Positions 9,808 through 19,938 of a stretch of DNA of 64,000 bases are shown piece by piece. Below the pieces are notes generated by a model. The model saw only the letters and a program-made list of their open reading frames with translations, made no database searches and was not told the origin of the DNA. The position numbers were made by a program, and so were the translations under genes. Source of the DNA: an uncultured Cytophagia bacterium (GTDB taxonomy: Bacteria > Zhuqueibacterota > Zhuqueibacteria > Oleimicrobiales > Geothermoviventaceae); the NCBI GenBank assembly GCA_964644845.1, contig CAZXXS010000078.1:3561-67560 (forward strand). The letters run 5' to 3'. Every line of letters begins with the position of its first letter. Position 1 is the first letter of the stretch.

Positions 9808-10470
9808 GTGAGTAGCGAGAGACGATCCGACCTGTTGTTCACGCTCGGAACGAAGTTCGCGTGGCTGCTTGTTCTCGGCCTTGGGAGATCGGCCCGCATT
9901 CGTTTCGTCGGCAGACAGAACTTGCTGCGTCTCCGCGAGGAGAACCGGCGTTTTATCCTGGCCGTGTGGCACGGGCGACTTCTGCTGCCAGTGTACCTGC
10001 ACCGAAATGAGGGCATTTGCGCCATGGTCAGCCTGCACCGGGACGGCGAGCTCATCGCTCAGACCATCCAGCGACTTGGCTACACAACGGTCCGCGGCAG
10101 CAGTACCCGAGGCGGGCGCGAAGCTTTCAACGAGATGGTGCGGGCTATTCGCGCTGGCGCCAACGCGGCCATCATCCCCGACGGCCCAACTGGCCCACGT
10201 CACCAGCTCAAACCGGGCGTACTTTTCATCGCCCAACAAACGGGCGCTGCCATTCTGCCCCTGACCTTCGCTTGCGACCGTTACATCACGTTCAACAGCT
10301 GGGACCGTTTCACACTGTGGAAACCGTTTGCCAAGTGCGTGGCCGTCTACGGTGACCCGTTCTACGTGCCGCGCACGTGGACCCTCCGTCAGGTACTTCG
10401 GGCCGGGAAAGAGCTGGAACAAAAGATGATTGAACAAGAAGCTTTCGCCGATGCACTTTTTCGAGAGTAA
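9808..10470 (+). CDS. DUF374 / LpxJ-like lipid A late acyltransferase
   Basis: ILAVWHGRLL, MVSLHRDGELIA, TVRGSSTRGG, IIPDGPTGP motifs; lies between lpxB and lpxK. Start GTG 9808 is my estimate. Confidence 0.85.
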   Translation: MSSERRSDLLFTLGTKFAWLLVLGLGRSARIRFVGRQNLLRLREENRRFILAVWHGRLLLPVYLHRNEGICAMVSLHRDGELIAQTIQRLGYTTVRGSSTRGGREAFNEMVRAIRAGANAAIIPDGPTGPRHQLKPGVLFIAQQTGAAILPLTFACDRYITFNSWDRFTLWKPFAKCVAVYGDPFYVPRTWTLRQVLRAGKELEQKMIEQEAFADALFRE

Positions 10471-11527
10471 GCTGCTCGGCTCGCCACTTCTGCCTTTGGC
10501 CTGGCTCTACGGAGGCGTAGTCAGAGCACACTCCGCGCTTTACAGATCCGGCATTTTGAAGCAGCAACGAGTGAACGCTCTGGTCGTTTCAGTGGGGAAC
10601 GTGACGGTGGGCGGGACCGGCAAAACTCCCTTCACCGCGTGGCTTGCACGGGAGCTCGCCAACCGTGGCGTGAACGTTGGGATCGTGAGCCGCGGCTACG
10701 GCAGAAAATCACGCGGCACCGTGGTCGTGTCGAACGGAAAGCAGATTCTTGCCGACGTGTACGAATCCGGCGACGAACCCCAGCTGCTGGCCCTCAAAAC
10801 GCCTGGTGTGCCGGTAATCGCGGACGAGGATCGATCCCGCGGCTGCCGCGAGGCTGAGCGACATTTTGACTGTACAGCCCTTCTCCTCGACGACGCCTTT
10901 CAACACCACCGGTTACACCGAGACGTTGACATCGTACTGGTCAACGCACAGGTCGGGTTTGGCAACGCCTACCTCTTGCCAGCCGGACCTTTACGCGAAC
11001 CACTCCGTGCGCTTCGACGCGCCAGCCAGATCGTCCTGACCCACTGCCACAGCCTGGAACAAGCGCCTGAACTCGTTGCGCAGATTCGACGGCGTTCCAG
11101 TGCCCCCCTGAGTTGCGCCGACTACACGTTCACCGGCCTCATTTCGCCGTCCGGCCGTCGTAAATCCGTCGACTGGCTGCGCGGCAAGCGTGTTGTCGCC
11201 GTGGCAGGCATCGCCAACCCGCACAGTTTTTTTCAAACCCTGACCCGTCTCGAAGCCGTGGTCACCCACACTGCAGCTTTCGTGGACCACCACTGGTACA
11301 CCCGACGCGACGTCGCTCGTGTAAGACGGCTGGTCCGGGAGACCCGTGCGCAGGCCGTCGTCACCACCGAGAAAGACCTGGTGAGGCTCACCCCGCTCCT
11401 CGGTGACGACACGCACGACTGGCTCGCACTCGAAGCGGAGTTGCTACCGAACCCAACTTTCAGGCTAAACTGGAACAATCTGATTGAACAGTGGCAAGAA
11501 GCCTCGCAGATCGCTTCAACCGGTTAG
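10451..11527 (+). CDS. lpxK: Tetraacyldisaccharide 4'-kinase
   Basis: SVGNVTVGGTGKTP P-loop, VSRGYGR, GDEP, LLDDAFQH, LLPAGPLREP, TTEKD motifs. Confidence 0.96.
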   Translation: MHFFESKLLGSPLLPLAWLYGGVVRAHSALYRSGILKQQRVNALVVSVGNVTVGGTGKTPFTAWLARELANRGVNVGIVSRGYGRKSRGTVVVSNGKQILADVYESGDEPQLLALKTPGVPVIADEDRSRGCREAERHFDCTALLLDDAFQHHRLHRDVDIVLVNAQVGFGNAYLLPAGPLREPLRALRRASQIVLTHCHSLEQAPELVAQIRRRSSAPLSCADYTFTGLISPSGRRKSVDWLRGKRVVAVAGIANPHSFFQTLTRLEAVVTHTAAFVDHHWYTRRDVARVRRLVRETRAQAVVTTEKDLVRLTPLLGDDTHDWLALEAELLPNPTFRLNWNNLIEQWQEASQIASTG

Positions 11528-11805
11528 TTCCCCCCTTCCACCAAGTTGAGTCCAGCGCTACCCGACCGCCGGCTTAGCAGCCCCACGAAAGGAAGTCTGA
11601 GCCAGCAGAGCTCGCCCTTCGGATGACACCGTAGGCGTGAGCGCGAGCGCAAACAGCGCCCCCCTGTGGTTCCTGAACAGCCGAGCCGGATCGTCCAAGG
11701 CACCGAAATTGGGCAGCCGACACAATCTCGGCACCCCTACCAGTCGCTCCGGTGGCACAGTTGCACGCGCGGAACGTTGTTCCTTCCGGTCCCGCACCGA
11801 GCGAG

Positions 11806-14265
11806 TTACTTTGCCAGCGTAACTTTTTGAATTCGAACCTCGTCGCCGAGTTTCGCGCGCACCACGTAGACCCCCGAAGGGAGATTACGCCCAGCGTTGT
11901 CCTTGCCGTTCCAACGCAAAAGGTGCTGTCCGGGCGTGAACGTCTTGTCCGCGACCATTCGCACCAGGCGTCCTCGCACATCGAACACGGCCACCTGCAC
12001 GTTTCTGGCCTCAGGCCCAGGCACGCTGAGAGTCCACTGCACACTGGGATTGAACGGGTTTGGGTAGCCAGGACTCAGCGCAAACCGCAACGGCAGAGAG
12101 GAGAAGGCTGTGGCCACGCCCGTTGGCAGACGGCGCGCCACCATCAGCCGATCCAGGTAAATGGCGCCTCTCAATCTTCCGCGACACCGAAAATGGAAAC
12201 TGTCCACGTCCAGATTGGGTCCGTCAATCCTGCCGTTTCCGGTGATCCAGCCGTACACGGAGTCACGCTTCACGTCGAAGGTTACGAGCCGCCAGCCGAT
12301 CCAGTTAATCGGGATCCAGCGTGACACTTCGTAGCCGCTTTCGTTGTCATCCAGACAGAAGCGGAACTCGTTGCCGGAACCGTCCCCGAAAATGTAGACC
12401 TCCAGGACATCGCTGGGGCCGAACTTACCGGGCGTGGCCAGCGGATCGTGGATGTCGTCGAAGAAAACCCGGATAAAACCGCTTGTGTCAGCGAACTGGT
12501 ACTTGAGACGAGCTGCACCCTCGCCGAACAGAACGTGCTCGGTACTGATTTCAAAGCTCGTGGACTCCGGCACTGTGCCGCTCGTACTGCCGGACCACTC
12601 CGGATCGTGCCAGTTGGTCAGGTACTCGAAGTCGTCGAACGTCCTCAAGACGAAATTTTCGTCGGCTACGCGGAAACGCCACACCGTGTTCTCCTGCACT
12701 GGCAAGCCGGTTGTGTCGCGCAAGGTTGTGAAAGCACGCGCGATGAAGCGTCCACCGGGCTCAAAACCCTCGGTCGGCACAAACGCAACTGTGCTGCTGT
12801 CGCCGTAAACATCAAGCACCAGACTGCCCGCTACCGCGTGGCGCAGTACGTCGATCACGTTGAAAGCGTCCAGAGTCACCGTCGCGGAATCAAGAACCTT
12901 GTTGAACGCGGCGGAAACCACGCCGTTCGGACTCGGCATGGTGTCGCCGTCAGCAGGCCAGTTCCAGAACAGACGCGCTCGGCTGTTTTCCCGGCTTGCT
13001 GTTTCAAACACAAGGGCAAAGGGATCACCCGCCACGCCGTCTCCGTTTCCGTCAATCGCTCGCCCACCCAGATCTCGTGCCGTCGTATCCACGGTCACCT
13101 GGTAGAGCGTGCCGTACTGTAACAGCCCATCCGGTTTGAAGCGCAGCACCCTGCCCTGATTCAACCAGTAGAACGAACCGTTCACCGTTGGGGAGATCGA
13201 AAAAGCCGCTTCGACCGAGGGGCGGTTCATGGGCCGACTGAACTTGATGCGTACGTCTGACGTGACTGGCACACCCTCGGCGCCAGGCGTGGGACTGGTA
13301 GCCAGGACCAGTGGCGGCACATTGGAGGTGAGTCGAAAATCGCGAAAAGTAAAGGTGTCTTCAGGCACCACAACCACTGTGGTGTCGGGGTCGTAGTCTT
13401 TCCGCGAAGCAACCAGCGTGTACGTGCCGGGTTCCAGGCCGTCCCAAGCGTAGTAGCCATTCGAGTTGTCATCGGTCACGTACTGAAGACCAGCCTCCAA
13501 GAGGGACACAGTGGCTCCGTTCAGTGGTGTGTTGCTTTCGGTGTCGTAAAGGATTCCCGCCAGAGCTCCCGTAGGGATTGTTCCGGCGTCGTAGTACTCA
13601 AGGAACGAATGGTACAGGGCGCGCGCCTCGAAACGCAGGAAATCCGGGTTCTTGAGCTTGGCCTCCTCCACAGGGTTGTCGTGAAATGTAGCCTCGGACA
13701 ACTCGCCCGGCATGGTCAGATCATTCAGCACACCCAGATTCCAGCCGCCGTTGGGCCCGCCGTAGAATGACCAGTCGCCTCGGGCCATCCAGCCCGACGT
13801 ACGTAGCCCTTCGTAAATCGTGCGAGCCATGATTTCACTCATCACGTCGGCCTGTCCGGGCCACTGCGGCCCCAGCGAACTGGAGGAGGTGTGTAGTTCT
13901 TCGTAGAGCACCAGCGTAAAGCGGTGCTGACCGTTGTAGGCATTGTGGTGAATCGAGTGGAACCAGTCGACCCCGTTTCGGTTCGCGATGTCTTCCCGCT
14001 GGGACAGGGTGGGGTTGCTGTTGGTTCGCGTCAGGATCACCGTGTCGGCGCCCGCGCTGTTCAGATAGTCGCGCAGGTAAAGCGCCACCCGCAGGTTGAT
14101 CACATGCTCGTACACCCCCGTTGGACCGTGATTGGCATTCCCCGGGCCGTGCCCCGGGTCAAGGCAAAAACTCAGGCCCGAAAGATCTGGCTCGGTCGCC
14201 AGCGCCGTCGTCACCAGACCCGCAGTAATCAAAGCAAGAAGCGTTGTGGACTTCGTAAGGTGCAT
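11806..14265 (-). CDS. Secreted multidomain N-acetylmuramoyl-L-alanine amidase (Amidase_3, carboxypeptidase-regulatory-like domain, two SbsA/Big_5 Ig domains, CBM/CIA30-like domain, FlgD/T9SS-type CTD), paralog B
   Basis: Signal peptide; Zn ligands DPGHG...EHVIN...SIHHNA and catalytic ELSEATF; IKFSRPM Ig motif; YPNPFN...VFDVRGRLVR...WNGKDNAGRNLPSGVY CTD. Confidence 0.9.
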   Translation of the reverse strand: MHLTKSTTLLALITAGLVTTALATEPDLSGLSFCLDPGHGPGNANHGPTGVYEHVINLRVALYLRDYLNSAGADTVILTRTNSNPTLSQREDIANRNGVDWFHSIHHNAYNGQHRFTLVLYEELHTSSSSLGPQWPGQADVMSEIMARTIYEGLRTSGWMARGDWSFYGGPNGGWNLGVLNDLTMPGELSEATFHDNPVEEAKLKNPDFLRFEARALYHSFLEYYDAGTIPTGALAGILYDTESNTPLNGATVSLLEAGLQYVTDDNSNGYYAWDGLEPGTYTLVASRKDYDPDTTVVVVPEDTFTFRDFRLTSNVPPLVLATSPTPGAEGVPVTSDVRIKFSRPMNRPSVEAAFSISPTVNGSFYWLNQGRVLRFKPDGLLQYGTLYQVTVDTTARDLGGRAIDGNGDGVAGDPFALVFETASRENSRARLFWNWPADGDTMPSPNGVVSAAFNKVLDSATVTLDAFNVIDVLRHAVAGSLVLDVYGDSSTVAFVPTEGFEPGGRFIARAFTTLRDTTGLPVQENTVWRFRVADENFVLRTFDDFEYLTNWHDPEWSGSTSGTVPESTSFEISTEHVLFGEGAARLKYQFADTSGFIRVFFDDIHDPLATPGKFGPSDVLEVYIFGDGSGNEFRFCLDDNESGYEVSRWIPINWIGWRLVTFDVKRDSVYGWITGNGRIDGPNLDVDSFHFRCRGRLRGAIYLDRLMVARRLPTGVATAFSSLPLRFALSPGYPNPFNPSVQWTLSVPGPEARNVQVAVFDVRGRLVRMVADKTFTPGQHLLRWNGKDNAGRNLPSGVYVVRAKLGDEVRIQKVTLAK

Positions 14266-14286
14266 TCCAAGTACCTTCCAGTTCTC

Positions 14287-15237
14287 TTACTTCGCAGTCA
14301 CATCCAGTACGTAGATCGCGTTTGTAGAATCGTCGTGGAAGACCAGTCGTCGGCCATCAGGCGACCAGCAGGGGTCCATTTCCAGCATGTCCGCAGTGCG
14401 AGTCAGCTGAACGCGTTCAGAACCGTCGGGTCGCACAGCGTAAAGGTCAGAAGCCAAGTAGCGGTGGCCGTCGTCCTTCGCAACGAAGAACACAATCCAC
14501 TGCGAGTCCGGCGACCAACGTGGCCGGTTTCCAGGACCCAGGTCCACCAACGTCTTTCCGTCTGAGCTCACCACGAAAAGGTCTCCGCCAGAGACCTCAA
14601 AAACTAACAGTTGTCCGTCAGGAGACGGGCGAAGATTCAACACGTAGCCTTCGCCGTCAGCTTGGAAGAGGGGTTTCTCTCGCCCGACACGGAAAATCGC
14701 ACTCCCTTTTGCGTAGAACGTTCGTTCCGGTACCCGGGAAAGAGCTTCAACTTTGCCGTTGGAACCAACCGTCCAAGACTCGAGCTCCTCGGCGGCAAAA
14801 AGCACAACCTGATTGTCTCCCACCCAACGAGGCACCCCAGCCATCCGTTTCCGCCAGTCCGTCAGCTGAGTAACGCGTCCGGTGGCCACATCGATGATCT
14901 GGACGGCGTGTTCGCGCCTCTTGTTGCGCTCGCGACTAACCCGGCACAGAATCGCGCGACCGTCGGGCGACCAAGACATGCCAAATCCTGCCCCAAGAGC
15001 ATCGGTCAGTTGCCTGACCCCCGAACCATCCGCTGCCACAAGCCAGATGCCCTGGTAGTTCGGCCGTGTGGCAGCAATCCAGCGGCCGTCTGGGCTCCAC
15101 ACCGGGTGCGCCAGGGCTTCTCCCTCCGGGGAGAGTCTGACAGGCGGTCCAACTGCCCGCAGCTTGCCGAAAGCGTTCACGCTCAGGGCTAAACCGAGCA
15201 GAAAAACAAGAGCAGATCCCGTACGCCGAAAACTCAT
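14287..15237 (-). CDS. Exported TolB-like beta-propeller (PD40 repeats)
   Basis: Signal peptide; repeated WSPDG/PSPDG/WSPDS motifs. Confidence 0.88.
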   Translation of the reverse strand: MSFRRTGSALVFLLGLALSVNAFGKLRAVGPPVRLSPEGEALAHPVWSPDGRWIAATRPNYQGIWLVAADGSGVRQLTDALGAGFGMSWSPDGRAILCRVSRERNKRREHAVQIIDVATGRVTQLTDWRKRMAGVPRWVGDNQVVLFAAEELESWTVGSNGKVEALSRVPERTFYAKGSAIFRVGREKPLFQADGEGYVLNLRPSPDGQLLVFEVSGGDLFVVSSDGKTLVDLGPGNRPRWSPDSQWIVFFVAKDDGHRYLASDLYAVRPDGSERVQLTRTADMLEMDPCWSPDGRRLVFHDDSTNAIYVLDVTAK

Positions 15238-15881
15238 TCCAAAAACCTCCTCGAGAATGTCACACTCAGAGCCAAGAAACAGCTACGGCATCGCCTCCAG
15301 GGCGATGCGCTGTGCGCTCTTTTCTTCAGCCAGCACCCGTGGCCCCAGAGCCGCCTCCTCCGGCACAATGGAGCCCGCCCACACGGATGGCGCTGACCAC
15401 GCTCGACATCCGCCGAACCCGCTTCTCTCTAACGAAGACCGTCAGGCAGAGTTTCCCGTGCGAGCTTCCTTTATGAGCTCGCGCACACTGTCCAGCACGA
15501 CTCAAAACAACGCGCGGTTTCGCGCTCGCCCGCAGCTTGACCAAGCGTCACCCCTTGGCCGAAAAATCCTTGCGGACAACCCCTCCGCAGCCGGTGAACA
15601 TCGATCCTGCTGGCGTTGTGGGAAGCGCGAAACGAAACCAGGACCTGTCTCTTCAGGAAGTGCTGCTGACTCACCCCCTCCCGCCAGGGCGCAGGATCCT
15701 GCCAAGAAAAAGCACTGGCTCGCCACTGGCGAGCCTCTTAGCAAAACCGGGAACCAAAGAACCAAACAACTCTCCCACGAGAGTTCTTGGACCCGGCACC
15801 ATTTCCCAGAGCGAAATCAACTCAGTGCGCGACTTCACACCACCGCTCGCACAAGCCGAGATCTCCCGGTCAAACAGCCGG

Positions 15882-18356
15882 CTACCGAAGCAGGACCAGC
15901 CGTCCGATTTGAATCTGCCCACCAACGGTCAGACGGGCAAAGTAGATGCCGCTGGGTAGGTCCTGTCCACTTCCGTCGCGACCGTCCCAGGTGAAACGGT
16001 GCCAGCCTTCCGTCGTCTGGCCACGCCACAGGGTTGCCACCTGTTGACCAAGCAGGTTGATTACCTCGAGCACACCTTCACGTCCCACCGCTCCCGGTCC
16101 AATCCAAAACTTGATTTCCGTAGCGCTTCGAAAAGGGTTCGGCCAGTTGGGTGCCAACCGAAATTCTTTGGGTGCGCTCTCTCGCCGTTGGCGGTCGTGC
16201 CAGAGAACGGCTGTGGCGGGAGAACGAGCCAGTAGTACCAGGCGGTCGAATCCCAGTTCACCGGCAAGCTGCCCAGCTTGCTCAAGGCGCAACCCCAGGA
16301 AGAGCAAGCTGTCGGCATCGGCGCGCCCGTTGCCACCGGGGCCAGGAACAAGGTCCTCACCGACACACACTTCCAGCGATTTCCAGCCTGCCCAGTCGAT
16401 CTTGTTCGCTACGGAGTACTCCTCGCCGTCCAGATCCTGGAAGACCAAGCAGAGCACGTTGCCACTCTGGTCACCGCGCACGGCAACCGTCAGCATCTCA
16501 TCGCGTGCCACCTTTTCCGGAAGCCAGGCGGCCGGTTTCTCCCGGTTGATGAGCAACACGGAGCCAGGAACGTCGAAACGGTAGCGAAGCAATCCGTACA
16601 CGCTGTCACCGTACGCAGGTCCACGGACCAGCTCGAAGGCGGTACTGTCGACACAAATCGCAGAGCTGTCGCCCTCGACTTCCAGCGACCAGGCCAAGGT
16701 GTCGGCAGCAAAATCGTCCAGAATCACCGGGTACAACGGCCTGGACGAAGCGTAGAAATCCCACCGAAAGTAGTTCTCAAGCTGTCCCCCGCTCAGGTCG
16801 CTCAGATTCTTCATCACAGCGACTTTGTAGCCGAGACCCGCTTCCAGATCGCGAAGGGCAAACACAGCAAGTCTTCCGCCAACGAAGCCACGACTCGAGT
16901 CGATCATTTGCTCCGAGTACTGCACTGCCACGGGCACGCGGATGCGGCGGTGGCTCATCAGAAGCACGGCGTCGTCGGTCACAACGTGGGGATCCAGACG
17001 TTTGTTGAAAAGCACCCAGAGAATGTGCCCGGGCACAACGCCCGTGTCCTCACGTGCAGGCTCGAAGTCAATCACGGCGAGCGCAGCTGTGTCCAGCGGC
17101 GCTGTGTGAAAGCGGACTTCAAAATCCCCACCGGGCTGTCCGTCCGCGTCACCGTCCAACGGGTGCCCGTAGCGGTCCGTGCAAGCCTCCGTCAACAAAA
17201 GCCTGTACTCTGTGTCAAAAGCGAACCGCGTGCGGGGTGTAAAAACGACCTGGCGAGAATCATCGGACCATTTCCACCGGCCGTGAACCGGCGGCTCCAG
17301 GGCCAACCCCTGTTCGACCGAGAGCGGATCCATCGGACGGCTGAAACGCACGGCCAAGGAAGTTTGGACGGGGACATCCCTTGCTCCGTCCTGTGGGTAA
17401 ACGGTCTCCACAGTGGGTGGCGTCACGGGAACGAGACGGAAATCAAGGAACGCAAATTGGCCCCGGCTCACGCGCACAGTGTCCCGAGCTGGCTCGTGCA
17501 AGGAGTCGACTGCCAGAACTTCGTACAGGCCCGGGTCAAGATCCGCCAAAACGTACAATCCGTTGCCGAAATGATCGGTGGTCAACGTTGTGTCCAGAGG
17601 CATCACACGAACACTGGCTCCGTCCAGTGGCCGACCCGCGTCCATGTCCGAAACAATGCCTGCTAAGGCACCGGTTATCGGGGGTTCTTGGCCGTAGTAC
17701 TGCAGGAAGCTTTGCAGCAACGCCTTCGCTTCGAGCTGCAAGAATCCCTGGTTACGAAGTTTACGTTCTTCAACGGGGTGATCAAAAAACGTTGCTTCGG
17801 ACAGTTCGCCCGGCATGGTCAGATCGTTCAGCACGCCAAGGCGCGAAGGGATGCCGTAAAAGGTGTAGTCGCCGTACACGCGTGCCGACTCTGTTCGCAG
17901 AGCGTGGTAGATCTCCGCTGCCATGATGTGACTCATGACGTCGGCCTGGCCGGGCCACTGCGGCCGGTGATTTGCCAGCTCCTCGTAAAGCAACAGCGTG
18001 TAGCGCGCACTCCCGTGCTCTGCGTTGTGATGAATCGAATGAAACCAGTCGACACCGGCCCGGTTGGCGATGTCTTCGCGCTGGCTCAGCGACGGGTTCG
18101 TGTGAATTCGCGTGAGGATGACAGTGTCGGCCCCCGCTGCTCTCAGGTAGTCGCGAAGCTTGAGCGCTACTTGGAGGTTGATTGTGTGTTCGTGCAGGCC
18201 CGTTGGTCCCTGATTCTGATTTCCCGGACCATGCCCGGGATCCACGCAAATGCTGATGCCTTCCAGCGACTGGCCGAGACCTGCGGTTGCAGGTACAAAC
18301 AGTCCCATCCCGAGCAGAAAAGCAAGCGTACGTTTGCAAAAATCGGAACGCGGCAT
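15882..18356 (-). CDS. Secreted multidomain N-acetylmuramoyl-L-alanine amidase, paralog A (same architecture as 11806..14265)
   Basis: Signal peptide; DPGHG...EHTIN...SIHHNA...ELSEATF; VRFSRPM Ig motif; WPNPF...WDGRDGSGQDLPSGIY CTD. Confidence 0.9.
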   Translation of the reverse strand: MPRSDFCKRTLAFLLGMGLFVPATAGLGQSLEGISICVDPGHGPGNQNQGPTGLHEHTINLQVALKLRDYLRAAGADTVILTRIHTNPSLSQREDIANRAGVDWFHSIHHNAEHGSARYTLLLYEELANHRPQWPGQADVMSHIMAAEIYHALRTESARVYGDYTFYGIPSRLGVLNDLTMPGELSEATFFDHPVEERKLRNQGFLQLEAKALLQSFLQYYGQEPPITGALAGIVSDMDAGRPLDGASVRVMPLDTTLTTDHFGNGLYVLADLDPGLYEVLAVDSLHEPARDTVRVSRGQFAFLDFRLVPVTPPTVETVYPQDGARDVPVQTSLAVRFSRPMDPLSVEQGLALEPPVHGRWKWSDDSRQVVFTPRTRFAFDTEYRLLLTEACTDRYGHPLDGDADGQPGGDFEVRFHTAPLDTAALAVIDFEPAREDTGVVPGHILWVLFNKRLDPHVVTDDAVLLMSHRRIRVPVAVQYSEQMIDSSRGFVGGRLAVFALRDLEAGLGYKVAVMKNLSDLSGGQLENYFRWDFYASSRPLYPVILDDFAADTLAWSLEVEGDSSAICVDSTAFELVRGPAYGDSVYGLLRYRFDVPGSVLLINREKPAAWLPEKVARDEMLTVAVRGDQSGNVLCLVFQDLDGEEYSVANKIDWAGWKSLEVCVGEDLVPGPGGNGRADADSLLFLGLRLEQAGQLAGELGFDRLVLLARSPATAVLWHDRQRRESAPKEFRLAPNWPNPFRSATEIKFWIGPGAVGREGVLEVINLLGQQVATLWRGQTTEGWHRFTWDGRDGSGQDLPSGIYFARLTVGGQIQIGRLVLLR

Positions 18357-18828
18357 GAGGGGAAGGCTCGTTCGAGATTCCGGTCGAATTCACACAAGAA
18401 TCGCGCTCACATCTACAGACTCCGAGGACCAATCTACGCCAAAGGAGGCAGCAAATCAAGTGCTTTTCGTCGCAGGGGCCGTCCTCGGCTCTTCGAGGAA
18501 AACGCCACGTTTTCCCCGCTCACGCGCCCTTAGCGCAAAACGAGGTCTGAGCAGTATCCTGTAGATTTGCACTCCGCAGCTAAGTCGGCTGCATTGGAAC
18601 GCCAAACGCCTCTTCGCAAAATGCTTCTGTGCCACGGGGTTGGACGAAGCTCTGGAGACCCAATCCTTACGGCGGAAAGCGGTTTGCTGGCACCTCTACC
18701 CTGTCAGGACACCGCGCCCAATCCCAGGCGGTCCAAGTTCAGGAAAACGGTACCCGGATTTTCTCCGCCGGCGTGGTCGCCGGAGAAAACGGCTTAGCCA
18801 AAACCCGCCAGAGCGACGATCCGTTTTC

Positions 18829-19938
18829 TCAGGGTGAGCGCAGTCCAGAAAGGTCGGTCGGCACGGTACCCTCGAGAAACTGGCGGAGCACCCGGCTCAA
18901 CACAGTGAGCGCCTCGACGCTGACGCACTCGGAGGGCGTGTGCGCCACTGCCAGTTCCCCGGCGCCCAGAATGACGCTGGGGAGACCGGCCTTCACCAGA
19001 TTTTGAGCGTCGGTCCAGGCGGACATGCCCACCAGACGCGCGGGTAAGCCTGTGGTCACCTCGTAGGCACGCACGAGTTCGCGGACCACCGCAGCCTCCG
19101 GCGACGTCACAAAAGGTGGATCGTGGTGGTGAACCTCGTACTGCGCCCCCCAGCGCTCCACAGTTGCCAGCACGCCGTCTCGCACAGCGTCGAGGCCGTG
19201 CTCGGGAAGCACGGGAAGATCGATCTGAAACGTGCAGCGATCGGGGGTAAGCTGCACATCCAGTCCCCCTTCGATCCGTCCAACGTTCACACCGAGCTGA
19301 TCAAAGCGACTGTTGCTCGAACGCCAGAAGGGTAACCGCCTAAGCTCAGCGATCAAGTCCAGGGCCTTCAGGATCGCGTTGTCTGCTTCACGGAAAGTGG
19401 CGCCGTGCGAAGCAGTTCCAGCTACGGTGACCGTCAGTTCCAGCGTACCAGCCTGTGCAACAGCGATGCCGAGATCCGTCGGCTCCAGAACCACGGCCCC
19501 TTCCAGTTGGTCCTGCCAGGGCCACCCGAATCCCTCGGAGCCCTTCGCCTCGTTCTCTTCGTCCACAAAGAAAGCCAGCGCGACCCCCACGCCCTGGCCA
19601 GCAGCTTCGAGGGCCGCCAGAAGAGCGGCAATCTGGCCCTTTGTGTCCACAACACCGCGTCCACAAGCGAGCCCGTCTTTGACCACGGCGTTGAAACCTT
19701 GTGGGTGGCCCCACACGGGGACGGTGTCCACGTGTGTGGCAATTAAGAAGCGCGAACGCCCGCGACGCGCGTACAGGTTGGGCCGTCCAGCCAACACCTC
19801 CTCCAGCTTGACCTCAAAGTGAAGCTCCTTCAGGAAGCTGGCAAGCCACAGCTGGACTTCACGCTCCTGCCCGGTCGGGCTTGGAATGCGGACGAGGTCC
19901 GTCAGCCTGCGGAGGATTCGCGCAGCATCTTGATCCAT
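18829..19938 (-). CDS. M20 family metallo-hydrolase (ArgE/DapE-like deacylase or peptidase)
   Basis: ATHVDTVP, GRGVVDTKG, VDEE, VLEPT, AHTPSE metal and catalytic motifs; start set at ATG 19938. Confidence 0.88.
   Translation of the reverse strand: MDQDAARILRRLTDLVRIPSPTGQEREVQLWLASFLKELHFEVKLEEVLAGRPNLYARRGRSRFLIATHVDTVPVWGHPQGFNAVVKDGLACGRGVVDTKGQIAALLAALEAAGQGVGVALAFFVDEENEAKGSEGFGWPWQDQLEGAVVLEPTDLGIAVAQAGTLELTVTVAGTASHGATFREADNAILKALDLIAELRRLPFWRSSNSRFDQLGVNVGRIEGGLDVQLTPDRCTFQIDLPVLPEHGLDAVRDGVLATVERWGAQYEVHHHDPPFVTSPEAAVVRELVRAYEVTTGLPARLVGMSAWTDAQNLVKAGLPSVILGAGELAVAHTPSECVSVEALTVLSRVLRQFLEGTVPTDLSGLRSP

Noticed and set aside
15540-15700. c-di-AMP (ydaO) riboswitch ahead of the amidase/TolB genes (GGGGTGA fragments)
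   Set aside because: No GCTGAATCC or GGAAC core motifs found.
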